Positions 14,146 to 26,497 of a DNA stretch of 64,000 bases are shown piece by piece; the first letter of the stretch is position 1, and each line of letters starts with the position of its first letter. This stretch comes from Convolutriloba macropyga (lineage: Eukaryota), in the NCBI RefSeq assembly GCF_964194025.1, contig NC_134475.1:2480001-2544000 (forward strand), in the 5' to 3' direction. The notes under the pieces are model-generated. The model was not told the DNA's origin, made no database searches, and saw only the letters and a program-made list of their open reading frames with translations. The position numbers and the translations under genes were made by a program.

Positions 14146-14727
14146 AATTGCTCTTGAACGCAGTTCATAGCAATTATTGAAAACGTTTGTGTCTTTTTAC
14201 GACTCGAAGAGGAGTATTGAGATTCTAAAGGTTTTTTTAGCAGAAAGGAAGTTTGTTCATGACTTGAATTTTGACTTCTTTCCCTTCTGTTCGAGCATTT
14301 ACCGCTTTTGATTGTTGACTTCTGTTTTCGAACATTGGACTTTAACAATAGCTTTGTTTGTGATGTATAGTAATTAGGAACTGCTGGTAATGTTCAAGGG
14401 GAAGAGGTCATTTTGAGATTTTTTTGTTCCTATATAAGTCACCCCTAATTATCTAAACTACACCGCACAACCCCCCCCCCCACCACCACCACCTACATAC
14501 CCCCCCCCCCCAACACCTACCCAACCTATCTACCCACCCACCCCACCTAGCTCTCCCCCGCACCTAAAAAATTGTCGGCTAATATAAAATCGGTTGCAGC
14601 ATACGAAAATTAAGCGACTCGTAGTGCAGTGGTTACTGCGGGTGGACATGGATCGGGAGGTCAGTGGTTCGAATCCGGTGGGGTCGCGGTGTGGTTCAAG
14701 AGCAATTCTTCCATTTGTCGGTTAATG
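14146..14727 (+). mobile_element. Chimeric HINE: family-B ends, family-C 5' body, tRNA-like segment
   Basis: AATTGCTCTTGAAC...GTTCAAGAGCAATT. 14199-14570 matches 55592-56075; A/B boxes at 14615-14688. Confidence 0.7.
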
Positions 14728-15361
14728 TTATTCAGTTTTTGTTCGTTTTCAAGAATTGTTGACCAATTTTTCGTCAACGATGCTAGCATTTGTTAAATTT
14801 GTAAACAATAGTGTTATTGGTTTTGCCTAGGAGGAGGGTTGCTGACTTGTTTGATCTGACAAACTTAATTTTTCAAAATTTGGCTTTCATCAAAAATGGC
14901 AACCAAATTTTTTAGCTTACTTTTTCAAATTTGACGGAAGTAGAGACCTAAAAACTGTATAGAGTCCTAAGGACACATTTTTGAATAAACACAAAAGAGG
15001 GCTAGATTTACTCCCCTTTCCTTTAAGGGTGCTCTGGAATAAAAAGAAATTACCGTTTTTTGATAACTTAAGTCAATCATTATCCAAAATGCATCATTTA
15101 ATTTCTATATATTGAAATTTTTGTTGTCAAATTAACTTTTGGTTGCAATTGGAGCAATTACTTTTTCTAGTGTTGTAAAATTAGCTGTAGTAAAACACTT
15201 GAACCCTTTTTTTGTCTAATCCCCCCGCGTTGAAGCAGGAAACAGCTCCACCAGGCCGCCAGTCGTTTGAGTTCAAATCGTCGACACTAGTCGGTCCTGT
15301 TCTGGTATAAAAGCAAAAACAGCAAAGGTTCAAAAATTTTCATTTGAAATTATCAGGCGTA

Positions 15362-17165
15362 TTAAATTCTAGTAACTTGAGGAAGGCAATAAGAGATTTT
15401 AGAGAGGTCGTCGGATGAAACGAGAGAGTTCTGAGGTCTGTTGTCATGATTAGATGCATCGAGTGTGTGATGTTGGGAGAAGTCCTTCTGATCCGATTGC
15501 ATGAGTAGTTCGGCCACCATGTTTGTCACATTCATAGACTGCAGGATACCTTTCATTGTCTTGAGTTGTTTGCAAGTGGCAATATCGTTCTGAAATGGTT
15601 GATCATTGCTCAGTTATTTTATAAAAATAGGAAATTTTGCTTAACTGTTTTGATGCTCGAATTATTTAACGTGAATTTCAATTGTTGATTAAAGGTTGCG
15701 AGTTTTTCAAGTAATGATCATTGCACCGCAGTTTTTTGCTATTTTATTAGCTATTATTTAAAAGACCTTTTATTCTCAGAAGCTTTTAAGAAGATTTTTA
15801 AGATTTCATAAACGAGGCTTTTTTGTATCCTGATCATTTGACTGTTGTTCTAAATGTTCCTATTACAAAGATAACATTATGAGAACCGCTCTATTTTTGT
15901 ACCTTGAAGTATATTAGCACCAATGAAAGCCAGTTTGCAGCTCGTGAGTGGTCGAATGGCACCAAGTTGGGCTTAATTGATGCCTCTCGGATCCTTAAAA
16001 CCTCAAACACTTCCCAGTTGTGATGGTGTAGTCCTGAAATTTTCAAAAGGACTTGCATGATTGGGCTCATCTCATTAAGCAGGTTCTGTAGGTTTTTCTA
16101 ACGTACTTTTGGGGGCAAATATTTAAAATCTCGGTCCGCTGGGATCAGATCAAAGACTCAAATTATTGAAAGATTTTTCTTTCTAGCAAAAAGTTAGCTG
16201 GCATTTTTTGGAGAACTCTTGATTAGGAAATTTTTGAGTGCTCTGTTTGCAAAATCTCAAAAACATGTTCGAAAGCTTTATGCACAGTTTAGTTGTTGAC
16301 AATTTTAAAAATGTTTGCAAAATATCTGATACATCGTTTTGCTGCTCTACCCGTTGTTCTCTATAAACCCTCCCATCCAGATACGAAAAAGGCCGTGACT
16401 TCGCGAACAACTATTTTGTTCTGTATCTCAGGAAGAATCAGTTGAATAAAGCTGTCTCGAACACATAGACCATAATGTACATATTTTCTACACCACACAA
16501 TTCAAAAACGTTGATACGCTTTTCGCTAGCATCCGCGAACAAACAAATTAGTCTTCAATGATTATAACTGGAAAAAGATTGAATTGATATACATCTTTTT
16601 TTTTTGTGGAAGAACTTTCAAAATGCATGAAATACGTAAAATTGATGGAAGAACTATTAAGCTGGAAATGAAAGTCGACCTATCCAATTAAACGAAAAAG
16701 TGTTTGGAAAATGCTTGGTGGTTGTCTATTATTAAGAAGATCGTTCCCTCAAAGTTCGAAATTTGAAACTTGGTGTTTTGTTTTAATTTCTTTATGAAAG
16801 TTGGAGTGTTATGGAATGGAAATGTTCCGCTTAGTTTGACAATGTTGGATCCAAAAAGATCCAAAAAAGCAATATATTTTTCAAACTTTTCTAACGTAAG
16901 TTTTCTTAGTTGCAGTTTTTCACTTCCTCTTCTAGGAGGAAAGCAATTTCATTGAAATACTTTTAGTGTTATGTTTGAGTGGAGAACTGATAAACCTTGT
17001 AGATATGGGTGTTGTATTTTTATGATAAGTCTCAACGTTCTGTTTTGCTGCAATTATCCGAGATGTCACAATATTTTTTTCATAAAATGATGCTTGTTTA
17101 ACACATGCAAAGAAAGATTTTTCTTGCGTATCAAGTCTTTGAGTTTCATTTTGTGAATGGCTCAT
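15362..17165 (-). CDS. Unidentified spliced gene; complement(join(15362..15589,15903..16033,16369..16487,16996..17165)); both ends uncertain
   Basis: Three consecutive GT/AG introns with compatible phases (2,1,0) give the open reading ...PISTR|KYVHYGLCVRDSFIQLILPEIQNKIVVREVTAFFVSGWEG|LHHHNWEVFEVLRIREASIKPNLVPFDHSRAANWLSLVLIYFK|NDIATCKQLKTMKGILQSMNVTNMVAELL... Confidence 0.6.
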
Positions 17166-17325
17166 CTTGTGACTTAATTGTGTGCTAACTTTATAGGCAT
17201 GTCTCTTGTTAAGTTTTGCTCAATCAATTTTCGTGTAATTTTTTCTTGAGTTTGAGGGTTGTAAGTAAAAACTCGATTGATGATTTGCTAATTTTCTGTT
17301 TTCTTTGAGATTAATTGGTTGCTCG

Positions 17326-18647
17326 TGTGACTTGTACGAGAGCCGAAGTGAAAAGAGCCGATTGAAAGAGAGCCGAAAATTTATTTGAATTATTAGTCGA
17401 TAAATTTTGCAGCCAATTAAATTGCCTTCTGAAATGAGACTACCAACTTCTCAGCCAATCACTTAGGCGTATTTGACAAATAAAATTTTAATATTTTCCA
17501 GTAAAAGAAACTGAAAGCGAAATAATAGATAATTATCTTCAAATTATAGCCGGCCATGGCCATGCCTTAGTGGCTTATGGGACTTGATGAAACTATCACA
17601 ACCGACCACTATCACATAAGACCAATTAACCCACTTAAGTAATTTTCTTGGTAATCAACTAACAATTTACGGTAATAAAAGGCAACTTTTTGCTTTCGGC
17701 TCTTTTTAAATAAAGTCAGGTTTCGGCGCTTTCTAACGTCGGTTTTTTATAACATCGGCTCTCCTGTACGTATCCGGTTGCTCGCAGAGTCTGGAAGGGG
17801 GGTGATTCCGAAAATTTATTTAAAAATTGTTAGTCGACAAATTACGATAAATTTTTTAGCCAATTAATTAGCCTTCTGAAATGATACTAGCAAATTCTCA
17901 ACCAATCATAACCGAGTATTTGAGAATGAAATTTTAGTGTTTTCCGGTAAAAGAAACTGAAAGAGAATTGATAAATAATTATCTTGAAATTATCGCGGGC
18001 CATGGCCATGCCTCAGCGGCTTATGGAAGTTGATATAAAACTATCAAAACCGAACATGAGACCCATTAAACCACTTAAGAACTTTTCTTGGTAATCAACT
18101 AACAATCAAAGGCAATTATTTGCTTTCGGCTCTTTTTAAATCAAGTCAGGTTTCGGCGCTTTCTATCGTTGGCTCTTTATAACGTCGGCTCTCTTGCACG
18201 TATCCGGAACTATCACTAACGAACAGTTCTGTCAAAAAGCCGAAGTTAAATTGCCCCGAAACCTGCTGACCTGATCCAGAAAGCCAAAAACAATAAATTA
18301 TTTAATTACCCTAAATTGTTTCTTAATTAAAACAAGAGTATATGCTTGGGTAAATTGATCTCTTGTTCGGTTGTGATAGTTCCATATCCAGTCCCATGAG
18401 CCGCTGAGGCATGGCTTTGGCTCGCGATAATTGCAGTATAATTTATTATTTCATCGCTTCAGAATTATTATGCATGTAAATAATAAAAGTGCAATACTTA
18501 AAATACTGCGTTATAATTGGTTGAAAATTTTCTAGTCTCATTTTATAGGTTAAATTTATTTGGCTTAACAAAATAATTATCATTTTTGAATTTTCGGCTC
18601 TTTTCAACGTTGGCTCTTTTTAAATTCGGCTCCTTTTCAGATCACCC
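17326..18647. mobile_element. Cluster of three ~410-450 bp MITE-like elements with iterated AGCCGA/TCGGCT subterminal motifs (17326-17775, ~17798-18206, ~18230-18647 inverted)
   Basis: Shared body (GGCCATGGCCATGCCTCAGCGG; reverse complement in copy 3). Copy 1 is flanked by the 9-bp direct repeat GGTTGCTCG (17317-17325, 17776-17784), a Mutator/Foldback-like TSD length. Confidence 0.7.
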
Positions 18648-18661
18648 AACGGAACATATGC

Positions 18662-19081
18662 TCAGGTTACGCAAACTTCGTAACGCTGCCTTACACGAAA
18701 ATATTGGTTAATGCTTCTGATGGAGCAAATATCGATGTATAATATACCTGAATCGCAAATGTTTGCCGGCTTTTCAATTCCACTTTCAATTTCACTTCCA
18801 CCTGTTCCGCCTCCTCTTGTTCTGTCATCTTTGTCATTTTGTTTACACTTGCACTCTTCCGGGTTACAACTCAAGAGTCGTGTTTGTCTCAGTGGAACAG
18901 TTAACGGACACCCGCTGGCTCTGTCCGTCTGGTCCTCAGAGATCAGTGCTTCATCCGGGTTGCAATAGCTGAAGAGTCTCGAAGCTGTGCTGTGAGATTT
19001 TCCCACGGGAGGCTGCTCGTAAAAGTAGTCTATATACAGTTGCTGTGGGGATATAGGCTTTGTCGAGGCAGAATAGCCCAT
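18662..19081 (-). CDS. Possible coding exon (139 aa ORF), perhaps an upstream part of the 15.4-17.2 kb gene
   Basis: ATG-started ORF, more GC-rich than its flanks, with candidate donor GT|GTAAGG near 18695. No homology recognised. Confidence 0.3.
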   Translation of the reverse strand: MGYSASTKPISPQQLYIDYFYEQPPVGKSHSTASRLFSYCNPDEALISEDQTDRASGCPLTVPLRQTRLLSCNPEECKCKQNDKDDRTRGGGTGGSEIESGIEKPANICDSGILYIDICSIRSINQYFRVRQRYEVCVT

Positions 19082-22000
19082 TTTTTTGTGGTTATGTGTA
19101 GGTTCTTAATAGTTAGAAATTAGGTCCTATATGTCTGTGGAATAAATATGCTGTCTGGAGGAATTTGTTTGATGTTTATTGCAATTAAGTCTTCTTTCAT
19201 TTGTATGATGGCTCCGTTACCCAAGTGGACAAAAAGTGCTGTTTGATTCTTTTAAACCGAATTCATCACTTATTGAATTCGAGATGAAAAGCGAATATCT
19301 TTGATCCATTCTGAGGAAATTGGTTGAACTTCTCATTTTTCTGCAAACAGATAACATAATGGTGGAGTTGTTTTTGATGTGTTTACTTGGGGGTGTATTT
19401 TGGGTAACGGTTACTGCTGCTGTGAAAGGTGACGGGGATAAATGGGTTATATTTGTGGGGAACTGTTATCTCTCGCGCCCTTTTATGTCGAGGCTGAACA
19501 AGTTAATTGAATCGAGCTTTTTCACTCTGAAGTTGGAATCGTTCCGGGGGCGATGTGAGACAAAGTGATTTGAAGTGTGATAAAATATTTTTGTTGCAGT
19601 TATATTTTGTTATGCTGTATTGATCCAGGTTATGTAACCGCCTTCCCCTTCCCCCTCCACCTTCCTCGTGGCTGTTAATGGATCGCATTTAATGAAGCTG
19701 ATAAAATTGAAAGATGCTAGCCATTGATCGGAATTCTAAATTACTCCCGCTGACATGCGGGTAGGAAGCGAGATATTAGGAAAAATGAATGTTAATATAA
19801 AACGCAGAAAACAGAAAAGCCTTTTATGCGGCGAGCTAACTGGGAAATATGTTAATGCCGTTTCAGCTTCATAAGAAAGGGGTCTGTCAATCTTGTGCCG
19901 CTAATGGTCCCGTTACAGCCCGTAAATTGCAACTAAGTGCGATGTTATTAACTAACAGTAATTGACGTGAAAACAACATTAGCCTTCCTGAAATGCCCCG
20001 ATTTTGTGGCTGCAAACAACATGGTTCCACTCCAATTATAACAACCAATTAGATTGGAATGTTGCGATACTTGACCGAAATATCTTGTACAAGATCCGAG
20101 TTCCTTTGCCAGAACTTGGAGTAACAACTAAATAGATCAGATATGCTCAGGAATAAATTAATGCAGGAATAGAGTACTCAATCAGGAAATATGGAAAAAT
20201 TGTATTCACTAGAATTCAATAATATTCAATAATAAAATAATGGAAAAGCAATTTAGTTGGAGGGATGTTTGCGATAAATTATCGCCAATTTGTATGACTA
20301 TTTTATTAGTTGAGCACAGAATGTTTTGAGATATTTTGTAACTATGCAGGCGTAGTTTTAAGCAATTTAGGGGGATATTTATTATTTAGAGGGAGCATGG
20401 TAATAACCGGGTAAGAGATAAAATTGAGTTAGTCTGAGGAATAATCGAATTGATATGAGAGAAGGAACTGAGAATTGAGATTAAACAATAGAAACCGTCC
20501 ATTTCACGTCACGCACTGTTTTAAGCCACTTGGGAGTAAAATTTTCCTTATTATTGTTGTAATTTTGCGTTCTTATGCTAGAAAAAGAAAGAAAGAGATA
20601 GCTAGGTAGTAGCTACTGCCAATGCTTTATTTCTCTATCCTCTCTTGTTCGTATATATTATTTTTTAAAAAGTTCCCTCCCCCTCATTCCTATTGCTGTT
20701 CATCATTTTGCTGACTTTTCCGCCCGGTTTGCTTGACTGGTTGCCAACTGAAAGTTTGGAAGTCTGCTAGTTGCTAGCCGGTCTCAGCTTGAATGGAAGT
20801 TTTCAATGCCCTCAAAATTATGACTTGAAATCTTTTTATAAGCCCACTGAGCTGTGCTCTGAGAGGGAGGGTGGTTGACCACTGAACCCTAGCGTCGATT
20901 CCTTGGCACTATTTTTGGGTGTATCTTAGGTGTAATTTTGATAGAAAATTGGAGTATGAAAGATGGAAGGAGGGCTAATTGTCTTTAGTCTGCCCAGCTG
21001 AAAGCCGCTTATATTTGGCCATGGTGCTATGTTTGACACTTTTGGAAAAGCTCCAGTGATCAAGTCACTAGATACCGTATTTATTGATCGCAAAGTAGTA
21101 AAGGCTGTTCATAATTACCAGAGAAATTTGAACTTTTCATAAATATATTTCCCAAAATTGATCGCATTATTAGGGAGGAATAACCTTTTTCTTGATTTTC
21201 GAACAATCGAAGGGGGATTAGTTACTGATTTCTGGCAAAAATTTGTAGCCGGCCTGTTTGGCAATCGATTTTTGGCATGTCTTTTTCTGCGGAAGTCATA
21301 ATTTGATTTTTTTCATGCACGAATAGAAATGGATATGAAAGGTATAGCCCAGCTTTTATGTCTTTGATTTGTGTAAGCGTGGCTATTGATTTAACGTTTG
21401 ATTGAAACTGTTTTGTTTATGTAAATGGAATTCTTCTTTCATAATCATTCTTCATTCATTAACAGCCTGAACGTTTCAGTTTTGGAATATATGCTTATTT
21501 TTACCACCTGACGCCGCTTGTTGCATTAATAGGGCTATTTCAATCACGAGTTCAATTAAATGAGGGTTTGAAATTAAAAAGTTTTAAAAATTAACTTCAA
21601 TAATTAGTTTTCCTAATTTTTAAAAATCCTGTAGGTCTTTTTGTGCAAAAATTTTTGAAGTTGGTCGTTTTATGTTTACTTTTTAGTAGCCTGATTACTT
21701 CTCTTTAAATCATTTGCAATTTGTGTTTAATTGCTCACGTAGAGAAGCAATTATTGTAAACGTGGGTGTCTTTTTTATGCAAAACTGTCGCTTGACCGTT
21801 TTGACTTTTCGAGTGACTTTTACGCCCTTGACTTATTGCGCTTCGCGTGATCTAAAATTCTCTCTCAATCAGAATTGCAAGCAGCTGAACTCAATTGGCG
21901 GCAATTTAATACTAAAAGTCAAATGAAAAGTGCGCCGAAACTGGTGCCATTTCTCACTTTAAATCTTAATAGTGGTATATGTTAACCTCTAATGTGGTTA

Positions 22001-23148
22001 TTTGAAGCCTATTGAAATTTTAGGTAGTCCCATTTAGGCCGCCTCCTCCCCCATTGAAGCAGGCTGCAATTGATTAGAGCTCCCACTAGTCGTTCGATAG
22101 CAATTGTTCCGACGTTCAGTTTACTCTTTCTTACCAAAAACAATTGGTCTCAATTGCAAAGGATTGCTGTGAAGGTTCGTTTAGAGCTAGTAGTTAAATT
22201 GTGACAACTTTTCATAATTGTTTTTGTCTCTAGACTGAACAATTTTGTGTTTCTTATTTGTACGATAAGATAGTTTGTCTCTGTGTTCATTGTTTCCTGG
22301 TTTTTGTCGGTTTTAATATCGTTCAAACTTATCTTTTTATGAAGTAAATCTTTGCACTTCAACTCGCGGATTTTTAAAATTTAACTGTCACTTGTTCCTC
22401 AAAATTATTCTTTGTCATCCATTGTTAAGTGATTTTATTGAGGGGCATGTTTAATTATAAACACTTTATTAGACTCTGATTTGCAATTGAGAGCTGTTTT
22501 TTTCATCTTGTCGTTTCTGACGCTTTATAGCGCTTTGTACCTAAAAGTTTTTGAAATTTACGGTAAGGGTATGGTTTCAGTTAGTTTTTCATAATTCGTA
22601 CTACCCTTTAATTTTATATGGCTTTATTTTAAGCAGTTTTGCTGATAAAAGTTAAATTTTGAGCCTGTTTGTTTGGCAGGTCTATTTTTGAATTTCTATT
22701 TGTGCTGTGTATCGTACTGTACAGAAATGTTTTCTGCTTGGATATTTGTAGAATTTGGAAGAATTGAGCTTAATTTTTTCAGGTTTTGGTTTTTTTTGCC
22801 GTTTCTCGATATATTATACATTTAGGGTTTTGTTTATAATTGTTTACATTTGTTTTTAGGGTTTTTTATAGGGTTTTGGGTTTTTAGGGTTTTCGGGTTT
22901 TGTTTATAATTTTTATCCTTTGATTAAACAGAAATGCGGTCACGTGGTCTGCTATGAATAATAATGAAGGATGCTAAAAACATTATTTTGCGCTTTTTTG
23001 TTTTCTTTTTTGTCGATGTTTCTTGTAGTTTGAAGTAGGTAGTTCGAAAATCATTAGGGATTTTCGGACTAAGTCATTTTTCACTTCAAGTTGATTGCAG
23101 AGTCTGTTTTCCTTTGCGTCCTCCTTTTTGTTTGCGTATATTAAATTT

Positions 23149-23737
23149 ATTGCTCTCGAACGAAGTTTGTAGCAATTATATTAGTCCTCTCGGTCTTTTT
23201 ATGCAATTTTTCGCTTGACCGATTTTTTTTCTGACCCATTTAAGTTTTCGTCCTCAAAAATGGGATAAACAGGTAGCGCTCAGCGGGCTTTAAGTGCTCC
23301 TAGAGCGTTTTAATTCACTAATCTCCAAGTATGCGATCCACAGAAACTGTTTTGGAGACTTAAACTTATGGTGTGAAGGGTGATTATTAGATGTTGTCCT
23401 CCAACCCCCCCCCCCCCCCTCCGCATCAGCCCCCGTCTAACTTCACCCCGCCTCCCAACAATCTCCGCCCCTGCAAATCTTTCAGGCGGTAATGGGCCCG
23501 CGCAGCCAAAACCGCCCTCCCGTTGTTGCCCCCTCCCTCTCCCCCGCTGTTGCCCCCCCGCACTGTTGCCCCATCCCATCAGCCCCCCGGTGCACCATCT
23601 CCCCCCCCGCTGCTGCGCTCACCTCACGCACCTTCAATTAAACTAAAGCTAGCCTCACTAAACCGTGGCCAGCTACTGACCAAGCCAACCGCACGCCGGT
23701 CGTTTGAGAGCAATTCGCCCGACGTTAGTCGGTTATG
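23149..23737 (+). mobile_element. HINE family B with C-rich core
   Basis: ATTGCTCTCGAACG...CGTTTGAGAGCAAT + CCGAC-GTTA-GTCGG + TTATG; body homologous to 6701-7118. Confidence 0.8.
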
Positions 23738-25750
23738 TTTTGTAATGTGGATTATAATTGACTTATCTCAGCGGCTGGTGTAATTCTGCTCAAGTTGCGC
23801 TTAGTCAACAAAATGCCAGTTAAGAGAACTACAATTAAACGCCGGGATTGTAAATATTGAGTTGCTAAACCGATGAATCGTAGTTTTAAATGAATAACCG
23901 TAACATAAGTTTAATGAATGTTTTTTGTTGAAGTTTTTTACCAATACTTTTGTCATCACTGTATGAAGTAATACTGAAATTGTGTCTAACTATCGACTAC
24001 AACTAAAGAAATTCTAAATGAAAACTTAGGTATCAACGATACCTGTGTCTGGCATACATGTTTTCTGTAGCCTTTCTCCTTACGAATGTGGGAACTTTCT
24101 GACTCGAACAGACTCCTAACCAGCCCTTTTATTACTGTTATGAGCTACAGATTTGTTACTTTATTGTCAACTCGGTCTGGGCAAAAATGTACCCCTACGA
24201 ATGCCAGGGTTTATCTAGCCCTTAAGATGTTATTTTCAAGCTGAAATGGAATTTTCTAACTTTCAGAATGAGGATCGTAATAAATTTTAAGCAACGAAGA
24301 AATGCGACTCAAGCTCATTGTAAGACAGTGTAAAAAGCAAAAGAGAATTCAATGAGCCTTGTCAATTTTTTGTCAAAGCAGGCTCATTTATAAATTTCAA
24401 ACTTCATGGTAAATGATAAAGTGGTATGATAATAATGAAGAAAAGGGTCTATTGAATGTTGTATTAACTTATACTTATCATTCAAGTGCCAAACTATCAA
24501 CGTTTTTAGTTATCAACCGACGACAACCAAGTGACTAATTTTGAATTCCCCTGAGAATTGATTTTCAGTCTTCCCTTTTGTTAATAGTGACAAAGGTGAC
24601 TTCAATGGAATCGTCCAAGTTAATTATGCTGCAACTTTCTACTCAATTCAAACTTTTCCCTCTTTTTTACCCCCTTTTGTCAATAGCTGTGCTGAACATT
24701 GCAATTGCTACCTTTTGATAATGATGGTATGCTACATTGCACACGCCATTGTTCACAATTTTGGGCGGAATTTTCACTAGCGATAAAGTTGCGGGTTAAA
24801 AATATGATAATTGAGGGGTAGAGGTTAAGTAGGGCGATAGATTGGGTAAAGAGGGGAGGATTAAAAGTAATTTCCATGTTAATTTGCCGATTGAACGCTA
24901 AATTGTAAAATAGACGCCTTAATTTATTGCCTTTTTCTGTTCAACGGACTAGATTTGGTTGCTACCAAGTGAAGGAAGTAAACGGATTAGAAGGTGCGTG
25001 TTCTGATTAAACAGCCCAACCGCTGACTTTGTTTTGAAGCTGTGTAAAAAGGACAACACCGCCCCTCTCTTTCCCTCTCAATTTCTCTCCCGTTTTGTGA
25101 TGTTGTACGTATTTGTGTGGTAGTAGGCCTAATTCTAATTCCGGGGGCAGTAACATTGATTTTTGCCTGTTGTGTGGGATTGGTGTCCTTGGAGTATGAG
25201 AGGAATTTTGGAATAATTAGTGAAAGAACTTAGTCAATATAATTCCTTTTTTGTGTTTCCCTGAAAGGCAGGAAGTTTAACTGCAATTTAGCTCCATTTT
25301 TATTGTATGTTGAAGAAAGCGGACAAATTTTACCGATCAGATCAGAGAAAGAAACATACCATAAACTTATAAAAAAATAAATGGATCCACAGGCTAAATG
25401 TTCGAAATTGCAATAACGGTGGTCAGCGGTGTCACATGATGGCCCGGTAAATTTTACTTCTTTCAACGAAACGAAGATTTGACTCAACTTGATTATTTAT
25501 TGTTTTTCTACAATTGATGATCTCAATATCGTCTTTCTTATTAAGCGTGAAGCATCGTACATATTAGTGAATGTATTGAATTATTTGCGTCAAAAATCTT
25601 AGTCACTTTTTTCGGTCCACTAATTCTAGCTCTGAACAACGCTATGATTTCAAAAAATCTGTTAATTTTTTAGGTTTAAAAATTCTAACCCTGAACAATT
25701 CTAACCCTGTATTAGATTTTAAAGAACACTTCTTTCAGATTTGTTTGCAA

Positions 25751-26497
25751 ATGCCGCTACCTGAAATAGATATGAACGAATTCCTTATTCCCCAATCAAG
25801 ACGGAATCTCAAAGCAATCGAAGTTGGATTTGCTTCTCAAGTGGATCCGATGCCAATCTACGACCTGAACCGCCCCGTTTCCTGTGGAACCACCACAATC
25901 TGTATGGAATACGACGGAGGTGTTGTTTTAGGCGCCGATAGCCGAACTGCCATGGGAACTTTTATCGTAAGCCGAGTTTCCGATAAACTGACAAAGGTTG
26001 TCGACAATGTTTACGTGTGTCGTTCGGGCAATGCAGCACATACCCAGGCGCTGACCGATGTTGTGACGTATCACATGGATTTTTACAAGATGAATAATAA
26101 AGGCAAAAATCCCCCAGTTGAGCTCGCCGCCAATACATTTCAAGACTTAAGTTATAATTATCGCGACCAGTTAACGTGTGGGTTTGTGGTCGCAGGGTGG
26201 GACGAGGTCAAAGGGGGACAAGTGTACTTAATTCCACTGGGCGGATTGATCCACCGGATGCCGTGGGCTATGGGTGGATCTGGGAGTACGTACATTTACG
26301 GTTATATGGATTACAGTTTCAAGGAAAGTATGACTAAGGAGGAAGCAATTGAATTGACGAAAACAGCGCTGGCAATGGCAATGAGTCGTGATGGAAGTAG
26401 TGGAGGAATTGCACGTGTTGCAGTCATTTCTAAAGACGGGGTCGAAAGAATGACCTTCTCCGAGGATCAGAAAAATTTGCCATTGTTCAGAAAATAA
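25751..26497 (+). CDS. PSMB6: Proteasome subunit beta type-6 (beta1)-like, intronless CDS
   Basis: Propeptide followed by G|TTTICMEYDGGVVLGADSRT...DKLT...CRSG...GGSGSTYIYGY...RDGSSGG. Thr1, Asp17, Lys33 and beta1-specific Arg45 are present. Confidence 0.92.
   Translation: MPLPEIDMNEFLIPQSRRNLKAIEVGFASQVDPMPIYDLNRPVSCGTTTICMEYDGGVVLGADSRTAMGTFIVSRVSDKLTKVVDNVYVCRSGNAAHTQALTDVVTYHMDFYKMNNKGKNPPVELAANTFQDLSYNYRDQLTCGFVVAGWDEVKGGQVYLIPLGGLIHRMPWAMGGSGSTYIYGYMDYSFKESMTKEEAIELTKTALAMAMSRDGSSGGIARVAVISKDGVERMTFSEDQKNLPLFRK

Noticed and set aside
14615-14688. Functional tRNA gene
   Set aside because: D, anticodon and T stems are mismatched, and it lies inside a repeat; treated as a tRNA-derived segment.
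19082-19700. Extension of the 18662-19081 ORF into one large exon
   Set aside because: Stops in all minus-strand frames examined; could be UTR or decayed sequence.
23310-23783. Pro- or Gly-rich ORFs (also 6758-7069)
   Set aside because: Artefacts of the C-rich HINE cores.
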